Assembly: GCA_046754105.1 (NCBI GenBank)
Contig: JBHHVD010000026.1
Span: forward strand, 1 to 36,449
Origin: Candidatus Krumholzibacteriia bacterium
GTDB lineage: Bacteria > Krumholzibacteriota > Krumholzibacteriia > WVZY01
Length of the DNA stretch: 36,449 bases
Direction: 5' to 3'
The position numbers were made by a program, and so were the translations under genes. The notes beneath the pieces were generated by a model. That model was not told where the DNA came from, did not search any database, and saw nothing but the letters and a program-made list of their open reading frames with translations. Positions 1 through 9,553 of the stretch are shown piece after piece. Every line of letters starts with the position of its first letter. The stretch's first letter is position 1.

Positions 1-264
1 GGCTTCACCTACCAGAAGGCCCAGGTCGAGGAGGCGGCCAGCAAGAAATTCCTGAAAGGTATGATGAAGAAATACTTCGGCCGCGACCTGGACCTGTTTT
101 GTTTCAGCGAAGGGGATGAAGCCAAGGCCGAGCGGGACAAGCTGCAGGCAACGAAGGATTCGGGTGCCGGCGGCAAGACGCGGCGCCCAATCGAATCGAA
201 GCCCCTGTTCCGGAAAATTATTGCCGATTTCGACGGCGAGATCGTGCGCTATCACCCCCGGTAA
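1..264 (+). CDS. dnaX: DNA polymerase III subunit gamma/tau, C-terminal fragment (5' truncated by window)
   Basis: Frame 1 is open from base 1 (GFTYQKAQVEE...) to TAA at 264. It ends in PLFRKIIADFDGEIV, like DnaX C-termini, and sits in the classic position before ybaB-recR. Confidence 0.75.
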   Translation, partial: GFTYQKAQVEEAASKKFLKGMMKKYFGRDLDLFCFSEGDEAKAERDKLQATKDSGAGGKTRRPIESKPLFRKIIADFDGEIVRYHPR

Positions 265-276
265 GGAGACCGCAAC

Positions 277-588
277 ATGCGCAACATCGGAAAGCTGATG
301 AAGCAGGCGCAGGACATGCAGGCGAAGATGGGCAAGCTCCAGGAAGAGCTCGCCCACAAGGAAGTCGAGGGCACGAGCGGCGGGGGAATGGTGACCGTGA
401 AGATGAACGGTCAGCAGGAAGTGCTGGCGATCCGCATCGAATCGGAAGTCTTCGACGACGGGGACAAGGAGATGCTCGAGGACCTCGTTGTCGCCGCCGT
501 CAACGAGGCCAGGCGCCAGGCGTTGGAACTCGCCCGGGAAGAAATGTCGAAGATCACGGGCGGCCTTCCCATGCCCGGGCTCTTCTGA
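277..588 (+). CDS. ybaB: YbaB/EbfC nucleoid-associated protein
   Basis: MKQAQDMQ...EVEGTSGGGMVTVKMNG...EMLEDLVVAAVNEA signature; AAGGAG RBS upstream; precedes recR. Confidence 0.95.
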   Translation: MRNIGKLMKQAQDMQAKMGKLQEELAHKEVEGTSGGGMVTVKMNGQQEVLAIRIESEVFDDGDKEMLEDLVVAAVNEARRQALELAREEMSKITGGLPMPGLF

Positions 589-679
589 TCCGTCCCATCC
601 CCTTTTTTTGCACCGCGTTTGATCCACGTTCGACGGTCCGGGACAAGGCAGGTTTCTTGCTCTACGAAAGGAGTACCGG

Positions 680-1282
680 ATGGAGTACGGCTCCAGGATC
701 CTGGCGAGCCTCGTACGGTATTTTGCCAACATGCCGGGGATAGGGCGTAAATCCGCACAGCGGCTGGCGTTGCACCTTCTGAGGTCCGATGCCGACTCGG
801 TGGCGGCACTGGGAAATCTCATCCTGGAGCTGAAACAGCGGGTCCGGTTCTGCGCTGCATGCGGCGGGATCACCGAAGAGGAGGAATGTGCAATTTGCAA
901 GGACCCGGGACGGAATCGAGAGACGATCTGCGTGGTGGAGGACCCGCAGGACGTCATCGTCCTCGAAAAAACGGGTCAGTACCGGGGCCTGTATCACGTG
1001 CTGCACGGCGCACTTTCACCGATCGACGGGGTCGGCCCGGAGGACCTGAACATGGACCGGCTGGATAAGAGAGCGCAACTTGCTGATGTTACAGAAGTTA
1101 TAATAGCGACCAACCCCACGGTGGAGGGTGACGCCACGGCGCTCTTTATCGCCCAGCGTCTGCGGAGTGCCGGCTGTACTGTCACGAGACTTGCAAGGGG
1201 CCTCCCCGCAGGGGGAACACTCGAATTTGCCGATGAAGTAACACTGACACGCGCATTGGAAAGGCGGGAGAGGCTTTCGTGA
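680..1282 (+). CDS. recR: Recombination mediator RecR
   Basis: HhH motif PGIGRKSAQRLA, C4 zinc finger CAAC...CAIC, Toprim ICVVE, YHVLHGALSP and EVIIATNPTVEGDATA; AAGGAG RBS. Confidence 0.97.
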   Translation: MEYGSRILASLVRYFANMPGIGRKSAQRLALHLLRSDADSVAALGNLILELKQRVRFCAACGGITEEEECAICKDPGRNRETICVVEDPQDVIVLEKTGQYRGLYHVLHGALSPIDGVGPEDLNMDRLDKRAQLADVTEVIIATNPTVEGDATALFIAQRLRSAGCTVTRLARGLPAGGTLEFADEVTLTRALERRERLS

Positions 1283-1311
1283 TGCGAGACCATGGTCAAG
1301 GTGGATAGCCG

Positions 1312-1809
1312 ATGGTTAAAACCGACTGGACGATATACGAAGAAGACTACTGGGCGATAACCAGCGTTCTCAAGGAATTGCTGCAGAATTCCAATTCGCA
1401 GAGCGTGTTGCTCATAGACAAGACCGGCCAGATGATCGCCAGCGTCGGGATCGAGCCGGACTTCGACCTTATGAGCTTCGCTTCGTTGTGCGCGGCGGAC
1501 TTCGAGGCCAACAGCCAGCTGGCAAAACTGATCGGTGAGAAAGACTTCTCCACGCTCTACCACCAGGGCTCCGACGAGAGCATGTACCTCGCCAAAGTCG
1601 CCTCACATATCATCCTCGTCGTGCTGTTCAACAAGCGCACGACGCTGGGGCTTGTCCGCCTGCGCGTAAAAAAGGCGGTTGAGGGTCTCAATACGATTCT
1701 TACGAGACTGTTCGATAAGCTCGAGTACGAAAACGAGGAACTCAAAGAATTCAACGAAGAGTTCACCGATGAACTCAACAAAGAGATTGATGCTCTTTTC
1801 TCGGACTGA
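1312..1809 (+). CDS. mglB: MglB roadblock/LC7 GTPase-activating protein
   Basis: LLIDKTGQMI, SFASLCAADFEANSQLAKLIGEKDFSTLYHQG and LGLVRLRVKK match Myxococcus-type MglB; acidic C-terminal helix EIDALFSD; directly upstream of mglA. Confidence 0.92.
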   Translation: MVKTDWTIYEEDYWAITSVLKELLQNSNSQSVLLIDKTGQMIASVGIEPDFDLMSFASLCAADFEANSQLAKLIGEKDFSTLYHQGSDESMYLAKVASHIILVVLFNKRTTLGLVRLRVKKAVEGLNTILTRLFDKLEYENEELKEFNEEFTDELNKEIDALFSD

Positions 1810-1824
1810 GGCAGGAACAGCGCG

Positions 1825-2409
1825 ATGTCGCTCATAAACTACTCTTCGCGTGAGATCAACTGCAAGATCGTGTACTACGGCCCGGGGCTCTGCGGTAAGA
1901 CCACGAACATACAGCACGTCTACAACAAGGTCGCGCCCGAGACGAAAGGGAAGCTCATTACCCTGGCGACCGAGATGGATCGCACGCTCTTCTTCGATTT
2001 TCTGCCGCTGGAGCTGGGGACGGTGAAGGGCTTCAAGACCCGGTTCCATCTCTACACGGTCCCCGGGCAGGTCTACTACGACGCCAGCCGAAAACTCATC
2101 CTGCGCGGGGTAGATGGTGTCGTGTTCGTGGCGGACTCGCAGACGTCGAGGTACGACGCGAACATCGAGAGTCTTTACAATCTCCACGAGAATCTCGAGG
2201 AGTACAAGCTCAAGCTCGAGGAAATACCCTACGTCATCCAGTACAACAAGCGGGACATGCCGGATATTATCGGCATCGACGACCTCGAGCAGGAGCTGAA
2301 CCCGGAGCACTACCCCAGCGTGGAGGCCGTGGCGATCAAGGGCGTCGGTGTGTTTGACACCTTGAAGAACGTCGCCAAGGGCGTTCTCCAGAAACTCTCC
2401 CAGAACTAG
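1825..2409 (+). CDS. mglA: MglA small Ras-like GTPase (group 1 type)
   Basis: INYSSREINCKIVYYGPGLCGKTTN (G1), DRTLFFDF (switch I with intrinsic Arg), TVPGQ (G3), NKRD (G4), EAVA (G5). Confidence 0.96.
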   Translation: MSLINYSSREINCKIVYYGPGLCGKTTNIQHVYNKVAPETKGKLITLATEMDRTLFFDFLPLELGTVKGFKTRFHLYTVPGQVYYDASRKLILRGVDGVVFVADSQTSRYDANIESLYNLHENLEEYKLKLEEIPYVIQYNKRDMPDIIGIDDLEQELNPEHYPSVEAVAIKGVGVFDTLKNVAKGVLQKLSQN

Positions 2410-2467
2410 CGTCATTCCGTCAGCGGCATTTCTCGTCCCACGAGGGACGCGCAAGCGACAATTCCGG

Positions 2468-2497
2468 TTGCGGCCTTCACGGCGCTGTGTGTACCAT
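2468..2497 (+). promoter_or_regulatory. Possible sigma70 promoter for pgpA-cinA-thpR
   Basis: TTGCGG(2468-2473)-18 bp-TACCAT(2492-2497), about 50 nt before the pgpA start. Confidence 0.4.
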
Positions 2498-2544
2498 TTC
2501 GGCGTCGGCCGGTCGCGGATCACTTTTGCCGGGAGGTGGCGTGC

Positions 2545-3009
2545 GTGAGATTTGTCCTGACGCTGATCGGAACCTTCGCCTATAGCGGTTTTTTCCCCGT
2601 GGCTCCGGCTACGTTCGCGAGCCTTGTTTTTCTCCTCGTCTACGGACTGGTTCCGGGCGGTGAGATGCTGGCAAACCCGGTGGTAGCGCTGGTGACGCTG
2701 GCCGTGTCGATTCCCATAGCCACGCGGCTGGAAAAACTCTACGGTCACGACGCGGGACGAATCGTCATAGACGAGGTCGTCGGTCTGCAGGTAGTGCTGG
2801 TGGCAGCCCAACCAAGCGCATCCGGGCTGGTGCTGGTGTTTTTCCTGTTTCGGATGTTCGATATTGTAAAACCGTACCCGGTCGGCCGCTCGCAGAAGCT
2901 CCCGGCGGGTCTGGGCGTCGTGGCGGACGACTTCCTGGCCGGGCTCTACACGAGGCTGGTGCTGGTGCTGGTCACGTTCCTCTATCCGGGCGCCGGGTCG
3001 TTCCTCTAG
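2545..3009 (+). CDS. pgpA: Phosphatidylglycerophosphatase A
   Basis: GFFPVAPATFAS, HDAGRIVIDEVVG, FRMFDIVKPYP and GVVADDFLAG motifs; GTG 2545 lies 8 nt after GGGAGG. Confidence 0.92.
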   Translation: MRFVLTLIGTFAYSGFFPVAPATFASLVFLLVYGLVPGGEMLANPVVALVTLAVSIPIATRLEKLYGHDAGRIVIDEVVGLQVVLVAAQPSASGLVLVFFLFRMFDIVKPYPVGRSQKLPAGLGVVADDFLAGLYTRLVLVLVTFLYPGAGSFL

Positions 3010-3030
3010 CCGGTCTCCTTATTCCGTGAC

Positions 3031-4305
3031 ATGAGCAAAGCGCAAGACGTCGAAGTGGTTCTTGTGGGCAATGAGCTGCTGAAAGGCGAGAGAAGGGACG
3101 CTCACCTCGCCTTTATCGGGCGGCGATTGTTGTCTATCGGACTGCAATTGAGCGCGGCGCACGTGGTCCGGGACGATCGCGAACAGATCGCGCGGTTGAT
3201 CAAGGACCGAACGCGCGCAGCCCGCGTGCTCGTTGTATGCGGCGGCCTGGGCCCGACGCACGACGACGTCACGCGGGCCGGGGTCGCCGCCGGGCTCGAG
3301 CTGCCACTGGAATTCAGCGAGGAGCATTGGCGGGAGATCCAGCGCCGGTTCGAGAGCTTCGGGCGCCGGGCGGACGAAAGCAACCGGCAGCAGGCGCAGT
3401 TTCCACAAGGCGCCGCGCCCATCTCCAACCCTCGCGGTACGGCGCCGGGTTTCGCTATCGAGTGCGACGGCTGCATGGTCATCGTCCTCCCCGGGCCGCC
3501 GCGGGAACTGGTGCCGATGATGGAAGAGGTCGGGCTGCCGAAGATCGCCGGGCTGTTCGAAAAGGCTCCCTTGTATGGGGAGGTGTTCAGGACCACGGGC
3601 ATCGGGGAATCGGCGATGATACCCCACCTGAGGCCGGTCTTCGACAAGCACGACGCGTTCGACGTCTCGTCACTCCCGAACATCGGTGGCGTGGATATCG
3701 TGATTACGCAGAAGCCGTCCGTCGTCGATCGCAGGCGCGTCGAGCGAGAGGCCCGCGAATTCGAAAGAAACCTGAGAGACTATCTGGGCCCGAAGCTCTA
3801 CGCGAAGGGAGGTGCCTCGCTGGAATCGGTCATCGGCGAGGCACTGGTGGAGAGCGGCGCCACGCTTGCACTGGCGGAGTCGGTTACCGGTGGGCTCATC
3901 GGCAAACGAATCACAGACGTCCCCGGCAGCAGTCGTTATCTGGCGGCCGACGTCGTCGCCTACAGCAACACGTCGAAGGTCTCGCTACTCGGTGTGGCCG
4001 AAGCGACGCTCGCGCGGCACGGCGCGGTGAGCGAAGCCGTCTGCCGCGAGATGGCGGACGGAATCCGCCGTGAGACAGGGGCGACCTGGGCGCTGGCGAC
4101 GACCGGCATCGCCGGTCCGGCGGGCGCTACGGAGGAGAAACCGCTGGGCCTGACCTTCTACGGGCTGAGCTGGGAAGGGGGCGCGGAGATCCGGGAGCGG
4201 ACATTCCCGGGAAACCGTGAGGAGATTCGCGAGCGAGTGGCGTTCGCAGCACTCTTCCTCCTGCACGAGCGGCTTGCCGCTGTTGGTTCTAACGAGCAAT
4301 CATGA
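3031..4305 (+). CDS. cinA: Competence/damage-inducible CinA (MoCF-like domain + NMN deamidase PncC domain)
   Basis: VGNELLKG, GGLGPTHDDVT and LPGPPRE in the N-domain; AESVTGG, PGSS, YSN..K, HGAVSE and TTGIAGP in the C-domain. Confidence 0.93.
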   Translation: MSKAQDVEVVLVGNELLKGERRDAHLAFIGRRLLSIGLQLSAAHVVRDDREQIARLIKDRTRAARVLVVCGGLGPTHDDVTRAGVAAGLELPLEFSEEHWREIQRRFESFGRRADESNRQQAQFPQGAAPISNPRGTAPGFAIECDGCMVIVLPGPPRELVPMMEEVGLPKIAGLFEKAPLYGEVFRTTGIGESAMIPHLRPVFDKHDAFDVSSLPNIGGVDIVITQKPSVVDRRRVEREAREFERNLRDYLGPKLYAKGGASLESVIGEALVESGATLALAESVTGGLIGKRITDVPGSSRYLAADVVAYSNTSKVSLLGVAEATLARHGAVSEAVCREMADGIRRETGATWALATTGIAGPAGATEEKPLGLTFYGLSWEGGAEIRERTFPGNREEIRERVAFAALFLLHERLAAVGSNEQS

Positions 4306-4871
4306 GACTCTTCCTCGCCGTCGATTTTGCCGACACCGTCAAGACCGAGATCCACAGGGCCATCGACGCGCTGGAAATCCCACACCCGCCGTGGCGATGG
4401 GTGTCAGCGGCGAACCTGCATATGACGCTCAAGTTCCTGGGCGAGACGCCGCGCGAACGGGTGGGCCCGTTATGCGAATGCGCGGAGAAAGTGTGTCGGT
4501 CGGTGGAGCCCTTCACCATCCGCCTGGGACGGCTTGGCGCGTTTCCCGGAATATCGCGCCCGCGTGTGCTCTTCTACGAGGTCGAGCAAGGCGCCGCCTC
4601 GTTGCGCTCCCTGGCCGAGGCACTCGACACGGCCCTCTCCGGGCGCATGGGGCTGCCTCGTGACGAGCGGCCGTTCCAGGCCCACGCGACGGTTGCTCGC
4701 GTGAAGAAACCCCTGCGGGCGCGGATGGTAACGGCCCTGCGGGCGGCGCCGCCGCTCGCAGGGGTCTCGCAGACCGTGGAAAGCGTGACGCTGTTCGAGA
4801 GCGCGCTACGACCGAAAGGTCCCATTTATCATCACCTTAAAGGGTTTGCACTGGCAAAATCGAAGTGCTAG
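4302..4871 (+). CDS. thpR: RNA 2',3'-cyclic phosphodiesterase (2H phosphoesterase)
   Basis: MRLFLAV start and two HxT motifs (LHMTLKFLG, AHATVAR); usual cinA-thpR-recA position. Confidence 0.92.
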   Translation: MRLFLAVDFADTVKTEIHRAIDALEIPHPPWRWVSAANLHMTLKFLGETPRERVGPLCECAEKVCRSVEPFTIRLGRLGAFPGISRPRVLFYEVEQGAASLRSLAEALDTALSGRMGLPRDERPFQAHATVARVKKPLRARMVTALRAAPPLAGVSQTVESVTLFESALRPKGPIYHHLKGFALAKSKC

Positions 4872-4874
4872 TAT
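4846..4874 (+). promoter_or_regulatory. Sigma70 promoter for recA overlapping the thpR 3' end
   Basis: TTGCAC(4846-4851)-17 bp-TAGTAT(4869-4874), with extended -10 TG at 4866-4867. Confidence 0.65.
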
Positions 4875-5045
4875 TCGGGGGCAGTGCCGGTTAATCAGGT
4901 CTTGTCTTGAAGACACGCGGCGATGAAGCGCGCCGAAGAGATTCTTTCGCGGGCGCCTGCCGTCGAAAGAGGGGGGCCGTGCGGACGCGGGGTTGCCGGC
5001 GGAGGGTTGTTGGGATGTGTGGGTTTTTCCGAAAAGGGGAGAACG

Positions 5046-6176
5046 ATGAAAAGCAAAGAAGAGACACCCGTGGACGACAAACGCAAGGCGCTCGATCTCG
5101 CCGTCTCGCAGATAGAAAAACAGTTCGGTCAGGGGTCCATCATGAGGCTGGGCGAGGAACGCTCAATCGTTCCCGTGGAGGTGATCTCGACCGGCAGTCT
5201 GAGTCTTGACGTGGCGCTGGGCGTGGGAGGTGTGCCCCGTGGGCGAGTTATCGAGGTATACGGTCCCGAGGGATCGGGCAAGACCACGCTCACCAGTTCT
5301 ATTATTGCGTGCGCGCAGAAACAGGGGGGGCTTGCCGCGTTTGTCGACGCGGAGCACGCGTTCGACGTGGGCTATGCGAAACAAATCGGCGTCGACGTGG
5401 ATAATCTTCTGATTTCGCAGCCGGACACTGGTGAACAGGCGCTCGAGATCACCGAGGTCCTGATTCGCAGCAGCGCGCTCGACGTGGTCGTCCTGGATTC
5501 CGTGGCGGCGCTGGTCCCGGCGGCAGAGCTAAACGGTGATATGGGTGACGCGCACGTTGGGTTGCAGGCGCGGCTGATGTCGCAGGCGCTACGCAAGTTG
5601 ACGGGCGTCGTCTCCAAGAGCAAGACATCACTGATTTTCACGAATCAAATTCGTATGAAGATCGGCGTGATGTTTGGCAGCCCGGAGACGACATCGGGTG
5701 GCAACGCCCTGAAGTTCTACTCGTCGGTGCGGATGGATATCCGGCGCATCGGCGCGCTCAAGGACGGTGACACGATAACGGGCAACCGTACCAAGGTCAA
5801 GGTGGTCAAGAACAAGGTCGCGCCGCCGTTTCGAATCGCCGAGTTCGATTTGATCTACGGCGAAGGGATCAGTTACGAGGGAGACCTGCTCGATCTCGGT
5901 GCCGGCGCGGAAATCGTCAAGAAGAGTGGCACCTGGTACTCCTACGGTGACGAACGGCTCGGACAAGGCAAGGAGGCCGCGAGGATCTTTCTCAAGGAGA
6001 ACCCCAAGATTCGTGCGGAGGTGGACAAGAAGGTTCGGGCGCATTTCGATATCGGTCCGCGCAAGTCCGCGCCGGCAGGAAACAAGGGGTCGGCCACGGC
6101 GGTGGACAAGGCGGCAGCGCCGTCGGCCACGGTGGCCAAGGGTCGTCCGGGCAGCGCTCGCGTTGCCAGGAAATAA
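5046..6176 (+). CDS. recA: Recombinase RecA
   Basis: [14 protein letters not shown], Walker [39 protein letters not shown] 5046 follows AAAGGGGA, so the longer listed ORF start at 4923 is unlikely. Confidence 0.98.
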   Translation: MKSKEETPVDDKRKALDLAVSQIEKQFGQGSIMRLGEERSIVPVEVISTGSLSLDVALGVGGVPRGRVIEVYGPEGSGKTTLTSSIIACAQKQGGLAAFVDAEHAFDVGYAKQIGVDVDNLLISQPDTGEQALEITEVLIRSSALDVVVLDSVAALVPAAELNGDMGDAHVGLQARLMSQALRKLTGVVSKSKTSLIFTNQIRMKIGVMFGSPETTSGGNALKFYSSVRMDIRRIGALKDGDTITGNRTKVKVVKNKVAPPFRIAEFDLIYGEGISYEGDLLDLGAGAEIVKKSGTWYSYGDERLGQGKEAARIFLKENPKIRAEVDKKVRAHFDIGPRKSAPAGNKGSATAVDKAAAPSATVAKGRPGSARVARK

Positions 6177-6817
6177 TGTCCGAAAGCATCGTTGAATGGA
6201 AACCGCGCCCCCGGGACAGGGTGTTCATCAAGCTTTCCGGGGGGCGGTTTTTTACCGTTCCGCAATCCGAGACCTTGCCGCTGAAACCGGGTGCGGTCCT
6301 TTCCGAACAAGACATCGAACAGCTCTCCAGGATCGACCAGTACTTCCGCGGGCGGGACAAGGCGCTGCGCCTTCTAGCGATCCGACCCCGAACCCGTTAC
6401 GAAATCAGAAACGCGCTGGACGGTTTGAACATGATGGACTCGATCCGGGACGGGGTTCTCGACGAGTTGAAGGAGCGGGGTCTCGTGGACGACCGCCGCT
6501 TCGCCCGGGAATACGTGCGCAGCCGCGTGGAAGTCAAGGGACTCGGTCCGCACCGGCTGAAGTTCGAGCTGGAGAGGCGCGGAGTGCACCCGGCCCTCGT
6601 CGGTGAGGTCCTGAAAACCGAAACCTCGGCAGTGGAGCAGGAAGAGATGGCACGTCGTGTGGTTACGAAGAAACTGGCCGGGAGAAGGCCGGATGAAAAA
6701 GACGTGGCGAAGCTGAGCGCGCTGCTACAGCGTAAAGGGATCGATTACGAAATCATCAATCGGCTGACCTTCGAGTTGCTAGGGCGCGCGAGGCACGAGA
6801 ACGGATTCGATGAGTGA
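6176..6817 (+). CDS. recX: RecA regulator RecX
   Basis: KALRLLAIRPRTRYEI, GLVDDRRFA, GPHRLKFELERRGV and LQRKG motifs; translationally coupled to recA (TAATG). Confidence 0.9.
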   Translation: MSESIVEWKPRPRDRVFIKLSGGRFFTVPQSETLPLKPGAVLSEQDIEQLSRIDQYFRGRDKALRLLAIRPRTRYEIRNALDGLNMMDSIRDGVLDELKERGLVDDRRFAREYVRSRVEVKGLGPHRLKFELERRGVHPALVGEVLKTETSAVEQEEMARRVVTKKLAGRRPDEKDVAKLSALLQRKGIDYEIINRLTFELLGRARHENGFDE

Positions 6818-9525
6818 TGGCGGCCAGGTCCAGTAAGAAGAGCCCGAAGATAACGGAGCGCATGAACCGCTACTCGGCCTCGTATCTGGCCGAGAGCTTC
6901 CTCGAGTACTATCGCGAGGCGGGCCACGTCGTCGTCGCATCCGCGCCGCTGGTACCCGAGGACCCGACGCTGTTGTTCACAGCCGCGGGCATGGTGCCGT
7001 TCAAGAGTTACTACAGCGAACCCGAATCGGCCCCGTATCGGACGGCGGCCTCGGTGCAAAAGTGCCTGCGCGCAGGCGGCAAGCAGAGCGACCTGGAGAA
7101 CGTCGGGCGGACACTTCGTCACCACACGTTTTTCGAGATGCTGGGCAACTTCAGCTTCGGTGACTACTTCAAACAGGAAGCCATCGACACGGCGTGGGAT
7201 CTTTCCGTGAACGTCTGGAAAATCGACAGCCAACGCGTCTGGGTATCGGTATACGAAGACGACGACGAAGCCCACGAGCTGTGGGTGAAACGAATCGGGC
7301 TGCCGAAGAAGCGCATCGTGCGCCTGGGGAAATCCGACAATTTCTGGGGACCGGTGGGGGATACGGGCGTTTGCGGGCCTTCGTCGGAACTCTATTTCGA
7401 CACCGGCGAAGGGCGGGGTTGCGGACGTGCCTCGTGCAGGCCGGGATGCGAGTGTGAGCGCTTCATCGAATACTGGAACCTCGTGTTTCCCCAGTTCTTC
7501 TTCAGCGAAACGGGCGATTACGACCCGCTCCCCAGGCCGGGTATCGACACGGGGATGGGGCTCGAGCGCGTCGCCTTTATCCTGCAGGAGGTGGAGGACA
7601 ACTTTCACACCGATTTGTTTCTGCCCGTGCGCGAAGCGGTCACGAAGGCGCTGCCGACGATCGAGAGCAGCGAGCGGTTCGAGCTAGCTGTCAACGCCGC
7701 TACCGATCACGTACGTGCCCTGGTGTTCGCGCTTGCCGAAGGCATTTACCCGTCCAACGAGGGACGCGGCTACGTTCTGCGGAGGCTGCTGCGGCGGGCG
7801 GTCACCAAGATGCATCCGTTTGGAGTCAAGGCGCCCTTCCTCGCGGAGGCCGTGGACGTCGTGGTGGACGTGATGGCCGGGCGTTATCCGGAACTGAGAC
7901 AGCACGCCCGGGGTGTCCGGAAGATCATCACGGCGGAGGAGGAGCACTTTCTCTCCACCATCGAACAGGGCTGGAACAAGCTGCAGGAAGTCATGGAGCA
8001 AAGCCGCAGGAAGTCGAAAGTCATCGCGGGCAAGGACGCCTTCGTGCTCTACGATACGTACGGATTTCCGCTCGAATTGACGGCGGAACTCGCCGTCGAC
8101 GCCGGCCTTACAATCGATGAGGGCGGATACCGGGCCGCCATGGCGGAGCAACGCGAGCGCTCGCGCAAACACTACCGGGCCAATCGCGGCGGCGTCGACC
8201 GGGACGACAACGAGAGCGGGCCTTTGATAAGCATACCGGGTGGTGGCAGTCCCGCCGAGAGAACGGAGTTTGTGGGCTACGAAGAGCTGTCGTGCGACGC
8301 GACACTCAGCCGCTACCGCGTACCGCGCGCGAAGGTGGTCGAGGTCACGACTGACCGGACCGTGTTCTATCCGCTCGGCGGAGGGCAGGTGGGTGACAGC
8401 GGGTCGATGAACCTTGCCGGCAAGTGCATAGACGTCGTCGACACGTTGCGCGACGGAGAGAGAATCGTTCACGTCCTGCGCTGGCCGGACGACGAGGGAG
8501 CCGAGCCGGGGAAGTTGCTCGGAGAGAATCCGGGGGTCCACCTGAAGGTAAGTCGGGAGACGCGGTTTGCGACGGCTCGCAATCACACGGGGACCCATTT
8601 GCTTCACAAGGCGTTGCGTGACGTGCTCGGAGACCACGTCGCGCAAGCAGGGTCGCTCGTGGCTCCCGACCGGCTGCGTTTTGACTTCCAGCATTTTCGG
8701 GCGATGAGCGCAGATGAGCTGTCCCAGGTGGAGAAGGCGGTCAACGATGCCGTGCTGGATGATCTGGCGGTAACCTACGAAGACCTCCCGTACCGGCAGG
8801 CGATCGCCGACGGTGCCATGGCGCTTTTCGGCGAAAAATACGGGGATACGGTGCGCGTGGTGACGATAGAGGACTTTTCCAAGGAACTTTGCGGCGGCAC
8901 CCACCTGAAACACACCGGCGAGATCGGCGCGTTCGTCATTACGCACGAAACCTCGGTGGCCGCGGGGGTACGCCGGGTGGAGGCGTTGACCGGCAAAGGT
9001 GCCCTGGACTATTTCAAGGACGTCGTCAGCGAGCGGGCGGATCTCGCCGGCTTTTTGAAGGTCGCGCCCGGGGACCTCGCCCACCGCGTCAAGGCGCTGC
9101 AGGAGGAGAACGAGGCGCTGAGGAAACGGTTGGAGGAGAGGCAGAGCGAGCAGACGGCGGGCGCGCTGGGCGACGCCCTGGAAAAGGCGCAAGACATCGG
9201 CGGCGTCTCCCTGGTAACCTTCGTCAGCGGCGGCGGGGACCTGGCCGCCCTGCGGCGTGCGGGCGATCACGTGCGCGACCGCATGGACAGGGGCATCGCG
9301 CTGCTGTGCTCGTCCGGGGGAAAGAAGCCGATCGTGCTCGTCATCGTGTCCGAGCGCCTCATCAAGCAGGACGAAATCACCGCGAACCGCCTGGCGGGGC
9401 TCATCGGCGATGAGTTGTCGTTGCGTGGGGGCGGCAAGAACCACATGGCGCAGCTGGGCATCGGGGGCGCGGACGATTTTGATCGTATCGTATCGTTCGT
9501 CAAGTCGTGGCTCGAGAATCGGTAA
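6814..9525 (+). CDS. alaS: Alanine--tRNA ligase (start may be 6817 or 6862)
   Basis: DPTLLFTAAGMVPFK, QKCLR, HHTFFEMLGNFSFGDYFK, IDTGMGLER, editing motifs NHTGTHLLH and ELCGGTH, C-terminal GGGK. Confidence 0.98.
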   Translation: MMAARSSKKSPKITERMNRYSASYLAESFLEYYREAGHVVVASAPLVPEDPTLLFTAAGMVPFKSYYSEPESAPYRTAASVQKCLRAGGKQSDLENVGRTLRHHTFFEMLGNFSFGDYFKQEAIDTAWDLSVNVWKIDSQRVWVSVYEDDDEAHELWVKRIGLPKKRIVRLGKSDNFWGPVGDTGVCGPSSELYFDTGEGRGCGRASCRPGCECERFIEYWNLVFPQFFFSETGDYDPLPRPGIDTGMGLERVAFILQEVEDNFHTDLFLPVREAVTKALPTIESSERFELAVNAATDHVRALVFALAEGIYPSNEGRGYVLRRLLRRAVTKMHPFGVKAPFLAEAVDVVVDVMAGRYPELRQHARGVRKIITAEEEHFLSTIEQGWNKLQEVMEQSRRKSKVIAGKDAFVLYDTYGFPLELTAELAVDAGLTIDEGGYRAAMAEQRERSRKHYRANRGGVDRDDNESGPLISIPGGGSPAERTEFVGYEELSCDATLSRYRVPRAKVVEVTTDRTVFYPLGGGQVGDSGSMNLAGKCIDVVDTLRDGERIVHVLRWPDDEGAEPGKLLGENPGVHLKVSRETRFATARNHTGTHLLHKALRDVLGDHVAQAGSLVAPDRLRFDFQHFRAMSADELSQVEKAVNDAVLDDLAVTYEDLPYRQAIADGAMALFGEKYGDTVRVVTIEDFSKELCGGTHLKHTGEIGAFVITHETSVAAGVRRVEALTGKGALDYFKDVVSERADLAGFLKVAPGDLAHRVKALQEENEALRKRLEERQSEQTAGALGDALEKAQDIGGVSLVTFVSGGGDLAALRRAGDHVRDRMDRGIALLCSSGGKKPIVLVIVSERLIKQDEITANRLAGLIGDELSLRGGGKNHMAQLGIGGADDFDRIVSFVKSWLENR

Positions 9526-9553
9526 AGACGGTGGTTATGAAAAAGGGAATGAC

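Noticed and set aside
2410..2470. Riboswitch (c-di-GMP-like GGGACGC..AAG) after mglA
   Set aside because: Only short hairpins (CGTCCC-ACGA-GGGACG); the GGCAAAC 5' strand and GAAA tetraloop are missing.
4923..5045. N-terminal extension of RecA in the ORF track
   Set aside because: Not RecA-like; ATG 5046 has a good RBS and matches the normal N-terminus.
5046..6176. Intein or intron in recA
   Set aside because: The core is of normal length with contiguous motifs.
7684..9444. Long antisense ORFs (also 1603-2811, 13865-15073, 19815-21173, 26112-27905, 35741-36343)
   Set aside because: Shadow frames of well-supported genes, expected in GC-rich DNA; no recognisable motifs.
9257..9553. Long N-terminal extension of the export protein overlapping alaS
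   Set aside because: The signal peptide and RBS point to ATG 9554; the upstream part is an alternate frame of alaS.
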